A stretch of 63,430 nt of DNA, filler included, from Octopus bimaculoides (Eukaryota), in the NCBI RefSeq assembly GCF_001194135.2. It is 7 parts of 6 records of this genome, joined end to end, with 100 filler letters (N's around TTAATTAATTAA, not from the genome) between each part and the next. Parts side by side here need not be neighbours in the genome. Positions count along the whole stretch, not along the records: positions 60,636 to 63,430 come from NC_068983.1; 6 more parts are not named here. One strand, given 5' to 3'. A program made the translations under genes and the position numbers. How positions within the stretch are numbered: position 1 is the first letter of the stretch; each line of letters opens with the position of its first letter. Below are positions 63,085 through 63,430 of the stretch, one piece after another. Below the pieces are notes generated by a model. That model saw only the letters and a list, made by a program, of their open reading frames with translations, made no database searches and was not told where the DNA came from.

Positions 63085-63328
63085 CGAATGGCTATGCACC
63101 ATTTCGAGCGTGGCTGTCGCCAGTGCCGCCTGACTGGCCCTCGTGCTGGTGGCACGTAAAAGCACCCACTACACTCTCAGAGTGGTTGGCATTAGGAAGG
63201 GCATCCAGCTGTAGAAACTCTGCCAAATCAGATTGGAGCCTGGTGTTGCCTCCTGGTCCACCAGTCCTCAGTCAAATCGTCCAAACCCATGCTAGCATGG
63301 AAAGCAGACGTTAAATGATGATGATGAT
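63085..63328 (+). mobile_element. SINE-C, (GAT)n tail
   Basis: Homologous to 61450-61610 and 5565-5750. Confidence 0.88.
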
Positions 63329-63350
63329 ATATATATATATATATATATAT

Positions 63351-63430
63351 CATCATCATCGTTTAACGTCCGCTTTCCATGCTAGCATGGGTTGGACGAT
63401 TTGACTGAGGACTGGTGAAACCGGATGGCA
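63351..63430 (-). mobile_element. SINE-C 3' end, tail-to-tail with the previous copy (runs off the window)
   Basis: Reverse complement of ~63247-63328. Confidence 0.9.

Noticed and set aside
1-63430. CRISPR arrays, rRNA genes, prokaryotic operons
   Set aside because: No regularly spaced repeat-spacer units or rRNA-like sequence; the window is eukaryotic repeat-rich DNA.

Overview
Eukaryotic, AT-rich, repeat-saturated draft-assembly DNA with many N gaps. It is very likely octopus (probably Octopus bimaculoides); this is inferred from my recollection of the SINE families, the dense microsatellites and the gap style, not from a database search. Most listed ORFs are microsatellite or gap artefacts. 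Supported content: (1) one clean 207-nt phase-0/0 host-gene exon on the minus strand (60279-60485, acidic/coiled-coil peptide, unidentified); (2) an elongator tRNA-Met(CAT) gene with a canonical-looking 23-nt intron and Pol III terminator (58166-58261, -); (3) decayed transposons: RTE LINEs (one with three C-terminal C2H2 fingers), R4/Dong-clade LINEs, a near-full-length Penelope-like element, mariner/Tc1 elements, a hAT-type transposase, a scrambled Helitron, MITEs and several tRNA-derived SINE families. Most interesting: a tRNA-headed short element carrying hammerhead-ribozyme arms (3 degenerate hammerheads); a tandem train of R4-clade LINEs each bounded by (TACA)n, next to a separate (TAA)n-anchored Dong lineage; the intron-containing tRNA-Met; and a 580-bp Merlin-like MITE (37-bp perfect TIR, 8-bp TSD) with outward-facing telomeric repeats at its centre. 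Repeat boundaries were read by eye and are approximate unless stated.
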